Source: Lingula anatina
Lineage: Eukaryota > Animalia > Brachiopoda
Assembly (NCBI GenBank): GCA_051362555.1
Contig: CM120640.1
Span: 41,828,788 to 41,892,787 of the forward strand
Direction of reading: 5' to 3'
DNA: 64,000 nt
The notes below the pieces were generated by a model. It saw nothing but the letters and a program-made list of their open reading frames with translations, ran no database searches and had not been told where the DNA came from. Below, one piece after another: positions 1-14,741 of this stretch. Numbering within the stretch: the first letter of the stretch is position 1; each line of letters opens with the position of its first letter. Made by a program: the position numbers and the translations under genes.

Positions 1-2784
1 TCGAGGCTATTTAGAATGACAACGGAGAGGAAATTACTAAGGGACATACATTGATAGGGAGTAAATGGACATTTTGAAGATTGAACGGAAAAAACGTGAT
101 CAGTAACTGTGCTAACATTTTGCTGACAGCAAGATGTGAAATATTTCGTGAAAATTGTTTCATTTTATTAAATCACTAATTATCATAAAACAATATCAGT
201 ATGCAAACTCAAAATCATTTAATTGAAATGGAATCAATGGAGAGTCCAAAGGTACCACATTGGCAACTTTAATGGTAGTTTACTTTACAAGTCCATGATT
301 CAGAACCGATATCCCAATGATGTTAATGGAATATACATGTAAAAACCACATCTATGTACAAGGGAAAGCCAATATTTGATAATTTAAAAATTTAAACATA
401 AAAATATTAAGAGTATACAATGTATATATACTCCCCATCACGCGCTCAAGTACAAGCCATATTCCTTGTACTTGCGATCAGGTGCTTCGTTTAAACATTC
501 ATTGACAAATTGCCTAGAATTTGCAAACAGACATACAAAGTGCAATGTTCTAGGTATATTCTGGTCAATTTGCACTCATTCCGTGTATGAACGTCTTCTG
601 TCTCTTAGTCCTAGTAAATTTAACCAAAGGGGGAATTATTAATAGAAAAATAAAGCATAGGGCTTGTTGGTCTGAATGAATATTTGCAACTGAGAATGTT
701 AAGTTCACTCCAGCATTCAAAAGTGGTGATTCATTCTTTTTCTCGTTTAATCCATAAAACATTAGGTCCACAATAAGTCGTACATTATTACCTCCGTCAA
801 GAAGGTAATGTTTTGCTGGTCGTTCGTTTGTTTACAATATTTTCTAGTTATAAATCCCCGGTATAATAAGGTCACTGGCAAATGGAAAACCGAAAGACGC
901 AACCAAACATAGTTTATTACTTTGCTTTTCCAATAATCACGTTTTTTGCTTCCGAGGTACAAAGAGACGTGCGAATGAAAAAGTAAGCTTTGAGTCTGAA
1001 ATGGTGCCACCTACACTGACTCATTTTATTGAATTTTATGCTTAATATTTGTCTTTTTCAGTAATTGTGTGCGGATGTTTCCTTGTTTTCCAAGCATTAC
1101 CAAGAGATGTTGCTATCCTAGCAATTCAACCCCGAGAAACGGGTGTATTTAAGGGTGTATTTCTCAAAGGCTGGTATCCTGCATTGCGCCATACTACCAC
1201 AAGGTCGTTAATAAATGTTTTTTCAATGTCAATTGCATTTTTCCTTTTCCTTTGAGGGATTGAAATGAACTCGAGCAACTGAACCAAATACAGTGTTATG
1301 CCTCGGCTGATGCGTGAGTCATATATTCTCTTGTACGAAAAACATACAAAAACTACCAGCACGAGGCATTAATTCACACTTTTAAGTGTTAAAACCCGTG
1401 TGTCTTACGTGTTCTTACAGCAACTGGTGGTTTGTGTTTGCGTAGCCTGGTCAATTCATCATGTAAGTCTTTATTCGATTACCTGGTCATTGTTTTCAAA
1501 GATGTCTATTTGGATAAAATATCTGCAAGTGTTTGGGTAATAGCCAGAGGGCACCTCTTGCTTCCAGCGCTAGTTCCGCAGCCTCCCAGTAGCCTGTTTT
1601 GAAACGTTTTTATTTAGTCAGTGGGTGGTAAAATTCAAAACAAACCAGCAGCGGCGTGTATTGTTTTGAAATGTGTTTTGCAATCCACTGCGCCACCTTA
1701 TTGCATATTTTGTCAGGTTCGCAATTTCAGACACAGTCCTATGTTGCCAAATGTGTTTCAGACGTTCTAACTTGTTTCCTCTGCAGGACGCTCAAATCGG
1801 GGGTGTTTACTTTGAACTTGAACACAGTGATATCCATATCAGTGTAGACACTCTCAGTATTTCATTAATGATTGATATTGCCAAGAAGTTGGCCATCATA
1901 TAGGAATAAAACGATGATTCAGAGAAGCAATTATTTTGAACACATCGATTGCCAGACTGCGCTCCGGTGAACAAGTTATTGAATCTTTTTGATCGCGCGT
2001 TATCTAAAACTGGCGAAAAACGAAGTAAAATGTTGTGTGCGTTTATAAACATCTCGCATTAATGTAGAAACAGTTAAACTAAAATCAGTTTAAATGGCTC
2101 GGAAGTACATTTTGCTTCCTGATGCGAATTATACTTCAATTTAAACATTTGGAGTGAAACTGACTTTCTTAATCTGTATTCAGTTTATTTTGTCTGAAAA
2201 TCAGTGTAATGCATTGTCATCAGCCGTGCAGTTCCACAAAGGCATTTTGTTAATAGCCTTTGTTGATAATTCACTTCTTGTAGAATTATGCACGGTTTGA
2301 ACGGCAAACGTTATGGTTGCAGCCATTTAGTAATGATAGATTTTTAACCTGTCTACATAGGTTCCTGCTAAAATGATGGGATTTTCTAACAGAATATTAG
2401 ATCTTTAATTAAATCTTTATTAGATCTAATAATGCGGTCAAAATATGACAAATGCATCATTCAACCAACTCAGTGTTTTATCATAATTCAATGATCTACC
2501 TTCAACTATATTTGCTAAACTTTCTCCCAGTTGGGTTACTTCTGATGATCAATTGTACATTTAGAAATTATCCTCAACGCAAAGCAAATATTCTGTCCGA
2601 GGAAGCATGAATTGATGCAAAATTCCAGAATCTCGCAAAGTTCATGTTATTCCTTAAAGAATTCCAGCATAGCTGCCACAAACCCGATGACGTCCTCTAT
2701 CCTTTGAGGTAATGACTCATTTAGTTTGTTGGTGTATATCAGGCTAGGATCAACCACTTCACGACAAGAACCTGTCTCAGGTCA

Positions 2785-3100
2785 TCACGTATAGTCGAAT
2801 GGTCCTCCGTCATCCCAACTGTACTTTATGGGATTCGAATGAGGAAAATAAACAGTCCAATTCAGTGGCTCAATTCCCTGTCCATTGACAAATTGTGTGG
2901 GGCAAACCTGATGAGGTGGTGCATTGACATGTTGAAACAGAAGTTTGCAGCCAAATGGGCGCGAGCAAAAGGCATTATTTCTATGCCTAGAACTTGACAA
3001 CAGGCGATGGCATTTTCCTTCACCATCTGCATCGCCCGATTCGTTCGACCAAACTTGGAGAGAGCCACCACTATGAGCAACAGTTTCAAACACAGTCTTC
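2785..3100 (-). mobile_element. Degenerate Tc1/mariner transposase fragment
   Basis: The minus-strand translation LLFQHVNAPPHQ...GIEPLNWTVYFPHSNPIKYSWD matches the Tc1 core pattern FQHDNARPH...WP..SPDLNPIE..W, with the catalytic D and E positions substituted. Element ends were not resolved. Confidence 0.7.
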
Positions 3101-6100
3101 ATCAAACCTCTCACAAATTTGACATCCAACAGTATCTGGCAATAGCATGACAAATGGGATTCATCGGGAAATCAGACATAATTCCGATGACACGGTCGAC
3201 AGTGATGAAGTTGACTCAGGTTCCCTCAGGCTATCCTGTTTCTTAGTTGTGAAACTAGTAACTAAGAGCTTCAAATCTTCAACCTCGTTTCTTTCAAATT
3301 TACCGCGGCAAATACAACCGTTGTATTGGATTCAAAACCCCCATCTAATACTTGGAATGTGTTGTTAGTTTGCACAGAGCAGGCTTAAATAAGACAGTGA
3401 GCAGAAATCAGTGAGCAAATCAACGCTGCAGCTGTCATAATTTGAGTCGTCATCTATCGTTTTCTACAGTATTTTCTGTCATGATTGAGTGGAAATCAAA
3501 CATTTATTACGCCTTAATTTTAAAATGTCGTATGTTTATATTTATCGATTTTTATACGGTCATCGTAACTGTCGTGTGGGGACATGAAGGGTCTTCCCCC
3601 AAGCGACCCTCGTGTAAAACGCGTGTATATGTGTCCACATAAAGTTTAGGGTAAAAGTAAAAACGATCATGATCAATCAGTCTGTCTGACGCCATACACG
3701 TAACAGAAGATATTTTCCGTTTCTAATATTGTGTGCATCCCGAGTTTCAGTGAGCAGCTATAGCCTTAGCCTGCCTTCCGTATAATATTTTTTGGTATAT
3801 GAGCTTTGTAAGACGAAAAAAACAAGGTTATCGCCCTTGAGATATTTTGAGAAACGCGTCTTAGTCGGCTAAATCTTATTGGTCTAAAATTTTAGTCTTA
3901 ATATTGGCTTTAGCATTCAACTGTGGCCTGAGACCTGTTTCGCAAAATGTCTTGACTCGTTTTTTTTTTTTTTTTACTAAAATCATTTTCAAAGAATATA
4001 AAAGGTCACATACAATTTTCGGTCTTTGGCACATATTAGCGCTTTGAGAAATTTGGAATCGTCTTCACGAAGTTCTTTATTCTTAACCCAATTAGGTATG
4101 TCAGATATATTTTGTTGACCAATCATTTTAATGAGCTCTGAGACCATCGTTGTAATGTGGACTTTGCGTGGTCGACTGTCCGATTCTAGCAGTCAAAACA
4201 TAGCCTAAGAACACTGTTTAATGCCCCCCCCCCCCAAGGCAAACTGTTTCTCCTGTTGGTAAGGATGCAGACGGTTAATACACAGCCACCTCTGTCAGTC
4301 CATTGGGTCCAGTAAATGCCAACGTTCGCATCAGCGAACATTTCAAAGGGCGTCTCGCAGCGGAATCTGAAACGTAGGAAGTTATAAGTATTACAGTAAG
4401 GTAATAGTTTTAAGAACCACTCATTTTTATACTAAAAATTCATTTATAGCTGCTAAACACCTCAAATGCAGGTGGTCGGGTAGGTATTGGTATTTTATTT
4501 CAGATACTTAGAAAGGCAATTGATTAGACCGCACTGCTTTATCGATACTGCATGTATATTGAATGAACAAACAAATAAAAAATAACAAAATAAAAACACC
4601 TTGTACGATGAGTTCTTGCTGTGAAACGCGCCCATATCCAGAATCTCTGTCGCGTTTATCAATAAGCTCACTCCTGTTTGATCAAACATTCGCTCAGAAA
4701 ATCATCCGGCAGCAAAATCTTTTGCAAAGTTATATTTTCGCGTAATTTTCTGCAGTACTTTCATTCACAAAATTGCCTCACCTCAGCAAACCTTGAAGCC
4801 GGGTCTTTCTGACCTGGATGAAAACCGACTGGAGCCAATTCTAACAAAAAATAAATGTAAGAGAACATTAATCAAACCTACATTGTGAGAAGCAATATGG
4901 TGCCGTAAATAATGATATTACTGTTTCATAAGACCAAGACGCACTCAGTTTACCCTTTGAGGAGTAAATAAGCGGTTGCGTGTGTGAACGGGCTACTTTT
5001 TTCCTGATTACACAATACAATGACTTGATACAGGGTAAAGTAGCGGAGACCCTGGCCATATACCTGTATATGCATAAACAACGAACAGTGCATTCCCCTG
5101 CCAATACACGTGCAATCACGTAAGTCCTGACATACAGGTCTGATAAAACATGTGACAGAAAAAAAAAAGAAATCCAAACCCTTTGTTTCAGCACATACTG
5201 ATCACCGCTCATTGTAAAGGTCACACGGTCACACCTAACATAACCTCCTTTTTAGTTTCAGGCACGCCATATTTCGTGAACAGGTAGGCGTCAAAATGAT
5301 ATTCGTACTTGTTTTATGTCCCTTCGAGATTTAAAGTGATATAAGAATTACGTTTATTACGAATGCTAAAAGTAATTAAATGTCCAGGGAAATGGAGGGC
5401 CCATTGGAATATCAAAATTGAAGTGTAGGCCCATGGGGTCTTGGCCTTGTTTCGGGGTGTTACATGTAATAGCGCTACCTGGCTGGGGTTTGCATTTGGA
5501 TTATAATTTAGTGCTTTTGACTGGAACTTCAATTGGCATACAGTGTATGTAATGTACGATTATGTATGTTGATTATGATAACGAGCAGGCTGTTGCATTT
5601 TTATATGCCTTAACTGATAAAAAAAGACATACAGTTATAAACATGCATGGTGCATAACATCACGCAAATGTTCAGTAAACTCAAATATACGGCACGCGGC
5701 AGTTGAGCAAACCCAATGCACGGAAGGCTGGTGCCAGAAGCTTAAGATTTACAGATTTTCATCTGTCTACAGATATCGCCTGTGACCAGCCAAACACTCT
5801 GTTATCAATTTATGTTATTATTCCAGATTTCGGGAAACTTTTGCACATTTGAAAAGAAAACGTAATCCTAGGACATGCAATTTACCATTTAAAAGAGACG
5901 AATACACGGAACCTAACCAAGGGAAGCCAACATCACGTCCAGGCTAGTCTGTTGAATCACCATAGCATGCCTTAATTGATGGTAATACTTCAGAGCGTAT
6001 ACGCATTTAGTTTTAATTGGACTCGTAAGAGGTAATTACTCAACGCAGAAGTACCATCAAGAGGCCGCATGTTTTAGGTGTTCTGTTTGTTTATATTCAC

Positions 6101-7761
6101 AATAGGTTCAACGAGGAGTTGCGTACTTTTCTATTGTACTTAATTAATAGCGAGTCAGCAGAAACTGCTTACCCCAGCGGGCCTTGTTGTTAATCTGATT
6201 CAACCCAGTTTTTAAAACTATAAGTTCATGGACGGGTCATTTCGCACTTGAGTGAATATTTTAGGATCTATAACGTTTTTGTTCTGATTTAGAATCGACT
6301 GCGTCATTCTTTTTTAAAGTTTAATTTGGATCGCTTGTGGGCGTGAATGTGTACCGACCGCTGAGATTACCTGGTGAAAATTTAGGCCAGTTTTGTCTAT
6401 GCCCCGTAACAAGACATTTAACTTTATTTTATTAAAAACGAAATCAAGTTATAGTAACAGGTAACCTGTACCTTTATACAGGTGAGGGCTATGTATCTGG
6501 AGGCAAAGAACTAGTATTTACCACATTATCCTATAATGAAAATCGGCCATTAATCTGTTTTATTTTCTAATAAATCTATCGAAGTTCATTAAAAAATCAA
6601 CCGTAGTCTGCGTTTTTGTTGTTTAAAAGTACACTATAACATAAGTTAAAAGGGGAGGCAAACTCCATTTATGTAACAGAACAGAGATTTGTCAATTCCA
6701 GCAGGTTCCATTTCTAATTGTGTAAAGTCCTAAGGGGCGAGGCATCAGCCTTGTTACTTTATCAAAGTATTAGAGGGAACCATGGGGACGTACTGGCGAC
6801 TTAGATACAAATATCTGAGAAAGAGGAATTTTTATGCTTGAGCTCATCCCCATGGATCATGTCCAATTTTACATTTTAATCTGATTTTAATCCTTGTATC
6901 ATTAAATCGGGCTTTGATTGCATGGAAACTGGCTTAAATGGAATGCATTACAGATAAAACGAAGCTACCGTCACGTCGTGACGTCCTACGGGACGAGAAA
7001 GTCTGGAACAATACGCGTGAGAGGAGGTACATGTAACTTTTCAGTCACAAGGGTCTATGCGCTTCGAATGCAGTCTTGGCAAGAAATACATAATATGGTG
7101 AATTGGTACTGGATAAATACTGTCCGTTTATTATTCCTTGCTTCACCGCACTCGCTAGTCTAACGAAATGTCTAGTCCCACTTTCTTTCAAATTCCTAGC
7201 AACCTTTCTTGATTATACGCTTAGTCGCGAGACTTACGTGTGTTACGTCCGTCTCTCTCATTATTTCCGTGTTGATGCTCTTTGCTATTCGTATACAATA
7301 ACAAAGGTATAGATAGTATAGATTGAAAATATTTTATAACTGTATACCTTATTCAAATGTCGCATTGGGAATTAATAAACACAGGAACGAGAGGCATGTT
7401 TTTACCACTCTCTAGCTTCAGTGACATACGGTATTTTCATGTGACTGCTTGTCTACAATGTACACAAAAATATTGAAATAAAAATGAACAAATGAATAAA
7501 AAGAGAAGATATCAAGATTAAAACATTTTGAATAAATCAAGAATACATAGTCATATCTATGGCCACCCTCCTCATTATCTTCATAGATATGGATAGGGCA
7601 AATTTAGACAGAGGAACTTGAAATGACCTTGGCATTTGAAAAAAAATCAACTAGTTTCCGAACAGTCACTTTTTAATCTCGTTTGCGACTGTCGGTCTAC
7701 CTTTCTCTGGTTAACATGTGATATGAATGACAGAAACATAACAAATCTAAGGCCGTTGAAC

Positions 7762-10425
7762 TCATGATATAGTATTAACGAAGCATTTCCTGGGAAACAA
7801 GGAGGGTATTCTCTCTCGGGTGACGTCTGAACATGCGTTGAGTACCACCAGCTTGAAACACCCGATTGAATCCCGGAAAGTCTTATCTGACGGACTGTTT
7901 TTCTTGGCATTTTTTGTGCATCTCGGGGCGTTCTGAGGGCACATAGCGACGCCTTGGATATGCTACCCATCTCTCGGGGCTTATACAGGTTATTCAACAC
8001 ACTGAGAACATAACAGAAGAGAAAAAACTTCTGTGGCTCCACCAAAGGTACGAAAAAAGGATTTTATCAGTGATAAAAGGTTGTTAATTAAAACCACTTA
8101 AACACCAAACTTTATCCTGCTCTGTTAGATCCTTAAGTTCCAACCTTCGTTTAAGTCGAAATGTCTTTTGGAAGAACACACCCATTTGAAAATAAACTTC
8201 GGGTGATACTTTAATTTAAAAGGGGCAACGAAGGCCTCTTTGGGCAAGGTAAACTGGGAAGATATTCACACCTTTTCACCTGTGATAATGTGACAAGTTG
8301 TACATTATTTTGCAATTTTAAAGTGTATCCCTATCAGCATTGCATCAACCCAGGGCACCATGTTCGCATCACTAAAAACATTTGTGTAAAATACATTTCA
8401 TATTTATTGTCTTCAGTATATACTGCCATTCAACACGAATCTTACTGTTCACAAATAGAAGTGAAATTGGGGGTGGGGGCATAAAATAAGGAATACTTTT
8501 GCCTCACTTTCTTCTTCAAAAATAACAACACGAAAATACATGTACTCTTACTGTCCAATGTGAGGCACAAGGAATGAAAACATTGTATTGTCCAATCTCT
8601 TTTTGTTTGGTATGTTTTTTTAGATCGAGAATGGGAAGAAAGGGGTACCTCCGAAGCAAATAGCAGAGGGGGCACCACCGCCCCCCTCCCCCCTCCCCCA
8701 CCGGATCCGGCATAACTACCAGACTGGAAGGAGGATCGTAGATTTAAACTTATCGTCAGATCACAAAATGTTCTTCGGCAGAACCCATAAACCCATTTTC
8801 GATATGAGAAAACGATTGAAGCAAGGAAATTAAAACTAAAATTAATGGTAGGCCCATGTGTTTGAGATGAATTTGTTTTCTCACAGGGCCGGTTGTAATA
8901 TGATTAATGTTCTTTAATCAACCGAAATACCTATGGTGTTGATCGCTCTAATATGATTTGGATTTATAACTGCCTTTTTGTCGGTCAGGGGAATCTTTTT
9001 ATAGACCCCAGTCTTGGTGCGCTTCGACTCTATGCCTTCATTTACCATAAAACCCCATTCATTTATTCATTGTGGACGTATTATCTATCATTTTGCTGTC
9101 AAAGCTTGATATGCGATGAAAAGGACACAGCAGTTAATATGTTTTTCGCCACTGAACCGACTCGTAGTGGTGTAGTCAGGGATATTGGGAATAGCTCATA
9201 ATGGCTTTATTTATTACAGTATTACTTGCTCACTTTGCCAAGGTAAGACTTCAATCTGGTTGTGCTTCTGTGATCAGGTTATCATCCATCTTGTACCTTC
9301 TTTTAATATTGAATGATAGGCCCAACGTTTTTTCACGAGTTTTCGTGGTTTACGAAGGTTGCAATTAGCATAGGAAGTAAAAAAAAAGCTGGTTATTCTA
9401 AACAATTTTGCTTTATGCTTCCAATATTTCTATTTACTGATTCAAAAATACAGTGCCATTAAACTAATAAGCTATCCTGATAAGACAAGCACACTTTATT
9501 CTCTTTAAATGTTTTGTGGTATGTAATAACAGTCTTACAGTGCTATGTAAACAAATCTTTAGTAGAAGTACTTCAGTAGACCAGAGCAGAAAAGACAGGA
9601 ATAGAACAGACGAATACACTCACATTAAATGTCCATATTCATTTCCCACAGAGCAATAAACGAGAGCATTTATGAAACACCTGTATCTGCCATCCGCAAT
9701 CGATTGGTTTATGCTTTTAAGATTATATCAGCATCTCCAACCGTCTGCTTTGTACCTGGGGCGGGATGTGCGACGTAAGGTCTTGTCCTCAGTTCGAGGT
9801 CACGGCGCGGCGACGTGCTACTTGGGCTGCCCTTTTGATGAAAAGATTTACAGCATTTGGTATGTGAATACTTGGAATACCTCCTAAGCGTTCTATCAGC
9901 GATTCCGCGCATTCTTGGCGTTCTTCTCTTCCACAAAAGACCTTTTGTTGGACTTCACCTGTTTGCAAAATTATTAATATACATATATGTTATCTGTATA
10001 TATCTATTTGAAGTGGGTGGGACATTCATATCTCATTCGAAAATCGGCCTTGTCGTTTCACTTGGTATTTGTTTATGCCACAAATCATAAGCTGAATGTA
10101 GTACGTCTGATAACACGTTTTTTCTGTTTGTTAAGAAACGAGAACGATACTTGACTTTAGTGGAAATGTGCAAATCAGCATCTTTCATAACTTTTAGGCA
10201 ATAAGGTTTTGGTAGAAGTAGCTACTACAGCATAATGCACGTGCAGGTTTCTTGAGCAGTATTCGAATATAAAAAATCTCTATTTCTGACACTGCCAAGT
10301 TATTTTATCTCAATAAGTTATATTTATTATAATTTTTATTTTATCTCAATAAGTTATATTTATTATAGGTCTTTTGATTAAAATCAACAATTCCTTAAAT
10401 TTAGGTGTCAGCTTTGCTGTGGGGA

Positions 10426-10476
<51 letters not shown>

Positions 10477-11643
10477 AAATAGAAAAGAAAAAAATTAGTA
10501 TCAGCTTTCTTCATTAGTTAATTGAACTCCTCAGGAACTATGTTGGTCCCTCAGTTAACTAAAATGCGGGTTCAGTTAAATCAAAATTACTTTCAAAATA
10601 TTTATTAGAATTTAGCGTGAAAGAGTGACAGTGACTTGAATAAATTCCTAAGCCATCTCCACCAAGACAAGTTCGAACACGATCAAATTTTATTGTCCTA
10701 AACGTTTCTGAGCTCAGCTACTTAGTTTGGTTAACCCTTAAGAGATGGGCGTTTTCCAATGTCTCTTGTTGTTTATGGGCCATTAGAGCTTCCCTTTAAA
10801 GTACCCTATTAGGTCTTTTTTATTAGAAAGAATACCCGGCAGCGATTCGCGTGAGCCGCGTCAATTAGAGATTTTATATTCAGCCTGAATCCAGCGAAAT
10901 GATACCCTTGGTGCCTTCTTCAATTGACTATGATCAGTGTTTCTTTCTCCCTGAACATTTCAAGAGTGACGCATCCACTCACCCAATCGTCAATTAACTT
11001 TTTATGCTTCTTTTGGTGAAGTGAATTAATACTCGATGTTTTCATGAAATGAATGGGTAATCGTTCGTTTTTGATATTCATGGAAAGTTAATATACATGT
11101 AAAGAAACCTGCAGGCATTAAATAAGCATTTAATTGTTATGCAAGAGATATTGATCATTAATTTGATGGATAACTGGGAAAGCGATTGATATATCACATC
11201 TTGAGCATTGTAGTAATCTTAGCACTGATAAAAAGCCGATCCGATGATTTAAATGTATATATTATTAACATTGGTAAACTTTTATCATTGTGCAGATAGT
11301 TCTAACACGCCTGTACTATTGCGAGAGATGAGCTAACGCAATCATGTCACCTCTGATGAAATCAGAAACGCAACAATAGTCTTACAAACGAGCGCAACAG
11401 GTCTCTAGTGTACTGGTATATAGCCGATAGCAACTGTTTTTCATTTATTTATTTAACATTTTTGTCGGCTTGATATTTGATTTTTACAACAACAAGTGCA
11501 AGTTGCCTATTTGTAAAATTGCCGTTTTTCGGTACGAAAATGCAATACATGAATAACGATATGTCAAATTTAAACGTGTACCTGTATGCATGCAAAAACA
11601 AAGCTGTCAAAGTACCAAAATTATTAGCGTTTCGAGCCATCAT
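7762..11643 (-). pseudogene. Probable decayed three-exon gene for a secreted Cys-containing protein
   Basis: Candidate exons are 11643-11582 (donor ACAG|GTACAC), 9958-9756 (cag|GT GAA...CAG|GTACAA) and 8001-7762 (ttctcag|TGT). The intron phases join into one frame: signal-like WLETLIILVL*QLCFCMHT-G, then EVQQKVFCGREERQECAESLIERLGG..., then ...MCPQNAPRC...IGCFKLVVLNACS...KCF. This frame carries five in-frame stops and a frameshift at the ATG. Confidence 0.4.
10425..10476. repeat. (TAAA)n microsatellite
   Basis: Direct reading: about 13 ataa/taaa units. Confidence 0.95.
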
Positions 11644-12758
11644 TTTTATTGTCCAGAGACATAAAACTACATTATCTACCAACTATTATTCATCCGTATA
11701 TGGTTACCCAAAGCGACATTTTCCAACTCTACATTAATATAAAGGTTTCAAAAGATGATAAAACTCCAAACTGTTCAAATTCCACTTTCTCTAGCGCTCT
11801 CCACTTACATACTAAAAAGCTGAATGCTAAATATAACTGATTAAAAAAAATTAAAATAGAGTTTGAAAATTTCACCAATTTGTCATTTATCAGAATATAC
11901 GTTGAGAGAAATAAAATAAAAAACCCAGGAATTATACTCCATAAAAAATTAAAATGTTTATACGATATTATGTATAATCATTTCAAAAATTTATATCCAA
12001 TAGCAAGTAAAACAAAAAATATGATATATTACAAAAAAATGCTACTTTTACTGCTACCAGCGTATAGTGAATAATAAAAAAGTACAGAATATTAAGAAAA
12101 GATAAAAACATGTACGATATTTTTATTGATGAAACATAAGAAAATTAGAGCCACAAAAATAACATTAATGAAAAATCTAAACCTTGTGGCTAAGTGTAAG
12201 GTATCTATGTAGATCACAGAAAAAAATCGATTAAATCGATTAATAAAAACTACCAAAAACATCCAATATATAGTAGATGCAGGATTCAATATATTGCTAC
12301 GGTCACCTTACCCAAACAACATGATGTCCAGTAGCGGCCAGTTCCATGAATGAGCTTTAGCCCTCAAATTGGCCGTAGCTTTTAGATTAAAATATGGTGT
12401 ACTTTACTTCAAGATACATGTAAATGGATAGTAGTCCCCCTTAATAAGGTAAAAATCGGTCTGCTATGTTTTTCTTGTTATGGAATAGTCTCAATTTTTA
12501 TTGAAATGAACTACAACTGCTTTATCTTGCCTCAAATTAGACTAAACATCTATACCAATTTTGGGCTTAAGTTCTCTTGTGAAACAAAACATAAAACTCG
12601 ACTGAAATGGAAGTCGCCGACTGCTGACTGTGTCTCAAAAATTGATTCAATGACTATACGGATACATGTAGTCAAAGGGATATTGACCTTTCAGTCATTA
12701 CTGCAAAGATTCAAAAGATTTGAGCCGGCTGGCGAACAGATGTAAACGCCTTCCTTAA

Positions 12759-14567
12759 TTATGCAGCATCTTTCAAGTCACCCTTTAAAATATTGTCAAA
12801 GTTTTTGTTGCACATAGGACATCTTTTTCTCTCGCGCAGGCTGCTGCGGAGACACTTCCCGTGAAACATGTGACTACACGGTGTGATCCGGGCGTTTCTC
12901 ATACTCCCCAAGCAAACAGCGCAAATGTCCTTGTAGGCCATTGTCTCCCGGAATGTGGCTCGTCGAAAAACCGAAAGCTTTTCTGTTTCTCGGCAAATAT
13001 TATGCCAAGCAGTGGCGTATGCTTTGTGTATAGCCAAATACATGTTGCTGTATATCACCAGAGCGATGACTAACATTGTCCAAGGGGAGGAAGGGCGGCC
13101 CAGGGTGAGGTACCATATTATCAACGCCAAACTTACGCTAGTCTCCAATGCTGCACAGACAATGCCCGAAGCATCCTTCTCCATTCCCTCAAGGATATCA
13201 AAGGACAGTGCGTCTAGCGTGTGAAACACGGTGACTTTTAGCATCTCTGATGTAATGACCATGTGCATCGCCCGCAAGAATGTGTCTGTCACGGTTCCGC
13301 ACAACAGATAATCTATGACCATAACCAAACACACTAAAATCCCCTCCGTTATCTGAAACTGCGTCTTCTTGTTTGACAATGGCGAGCTCTGTAGGAATGC
13401 CTCTGTAGTTTCATGAATCATTTTTGCGGCATCTACCACCAAGTTGTATCCCACGAATGACGTCAGCCAAGCCATGCGCAGAGAAGACTGTGGCGGATAT
13501 GAAACGCGGCGGATATCTGCTACCAACAAAAAGAACATCACTTGTTTCAGACGCTGGTTTACCGGAGAATCGTGAGTCGATGCAATGTCTTCTTCCTCAA
13601 GGGGCGACGAAGAATGGAAGTATCCCAGCGTTCGGCCAGATTCAGCAGGATTCGCTGAAAAGCCCAGGACGAAGGATATTGGTAGCCACAAAAGCATGAA
13701 GATTATTTTAGACAATTCTTGCCCAGCATCGAGGGAGAAATAGGACACAACGAGCAAAAGGATGATAAGAAGGTTGAGCACAATGGCTGGTATCACCATA
13801 TAATACCACACCCAGCGGTAGTCGTCCATGCACAAGAAAAATGCCACGCTCACCACACCAGCGACACCTACAAATAGAATTGATTTTATAATTATTTTAG
13901 AATTGATATTATACCAGAATTGATTTTATAATTATTTTAGAATTGATATTATACCTGATATTATGATGTGAAATACTGTCACGACGTTTGATTGGTAATA
14001 AAATCAGTTTTATATCTTTAGGCATTATCTTTCTGAAAAAGGAATGATATGCAAATCATTTACTGTCTATGCAAACTTTATAAAATGGACATTTCAAATA
14101 AAGGTAGATGCTTAAACATCATTGAAAGGTGCGCGTAATAGTTGCTAGTTACTTGTACAATGAAAATATTCGTTTTATCGTTAGGTACAACAAGTTAGTT
14201 ACATGCACATATTGGTGAACAATGATAATAATAATAATGCTTAAATGAGATTTTTTTCTAATTGATTTGTAGATGACTTTCGCTTTGAGGCTTTACTAAA
14301 TATGCAATTGTGACTTTTATATAGGCAAAACACACAATGCAAATGACGTTTACTAATTGGGTTAATATATAACAAAAATGATTTTGTATACAAATAACAT
14401 AACTGATAAATGAGTAATTAGATAAGGACTATATTCAACTCACAGTAAGATAGTGCCGTCTTCATGTCTATTCTAAGCCGGACTCTCTCGTCTTTAATAA
14501 GCGAATCTGCACCGTCCCCAGGCTCCCTAGCCGGCGAGCATCCACTCCTCATTTCTTGATCGACCAT
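12759..14567 (-). CDS. Multi-pass membrane RING-H2 E3 ubiquitin ligase, RNF145/RNF139(TRC8)-like
   Basis: Coding exons are 14567-14444 (MVDQEMRSG...LSY, donor T|GTGAGT, phase 1) and 13867-12759 (acceptor ttgtag|GT). Several hydrophobic TM segments are followed by the motif FRRAT...D-ICAVCLGSMRNARITPCSHMFHGKCLRSSLRERKRCPMC (C3H2C3 RING-H2), which resembles the RNF145/RNF139 C-terminus. Orthology is uncertain. A 5' UTR exon probably ends at one of the tandem GTAAGT donors near 14709 or 14718. Confidence 0.85.
13876..13955. repeat. Perfect 40-bp tandem duplication in an intron
   Basis: agaattgattttataattattttagaattgatattatacc occurs twice, immediately upstream of the RING gene splice acceptor. 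Confidence 0.9.
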
Positions 14568-14741
14568 TAGTAATTTCCCTCTGTTATCCCTGTAAAACAT
14601 GAATTTTCAGTTAGTCAATTAAACCAGACAAAATTAAATTACCTTTACCATACTTAATTCTTACTTTGCGTGTTACATTATCGTTCAAGTAGAGGATTTC
14701 ATCACTTACCTCACTTACCGTTTTCATCGCAACATTGCCAC

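Noticed and set aside
1040-2100. Transposon-like sequence near the window start (and at 6960-7330, 15300-15700, 17900-18660 and 34490-35400)
   Set aside because: It looks like old non-autonomous DNA-transposon or Helitron debris, but no TIR/TSD pair or coding remnant could be established by eye.
7762-11643. In-frame TGA codons suggesting a selenoprotein or readthrough
   Set aside because: The same frame also has TAA and TAG stops and a frameshift, and no SECIS was identified. Decay is the simpler explanation.
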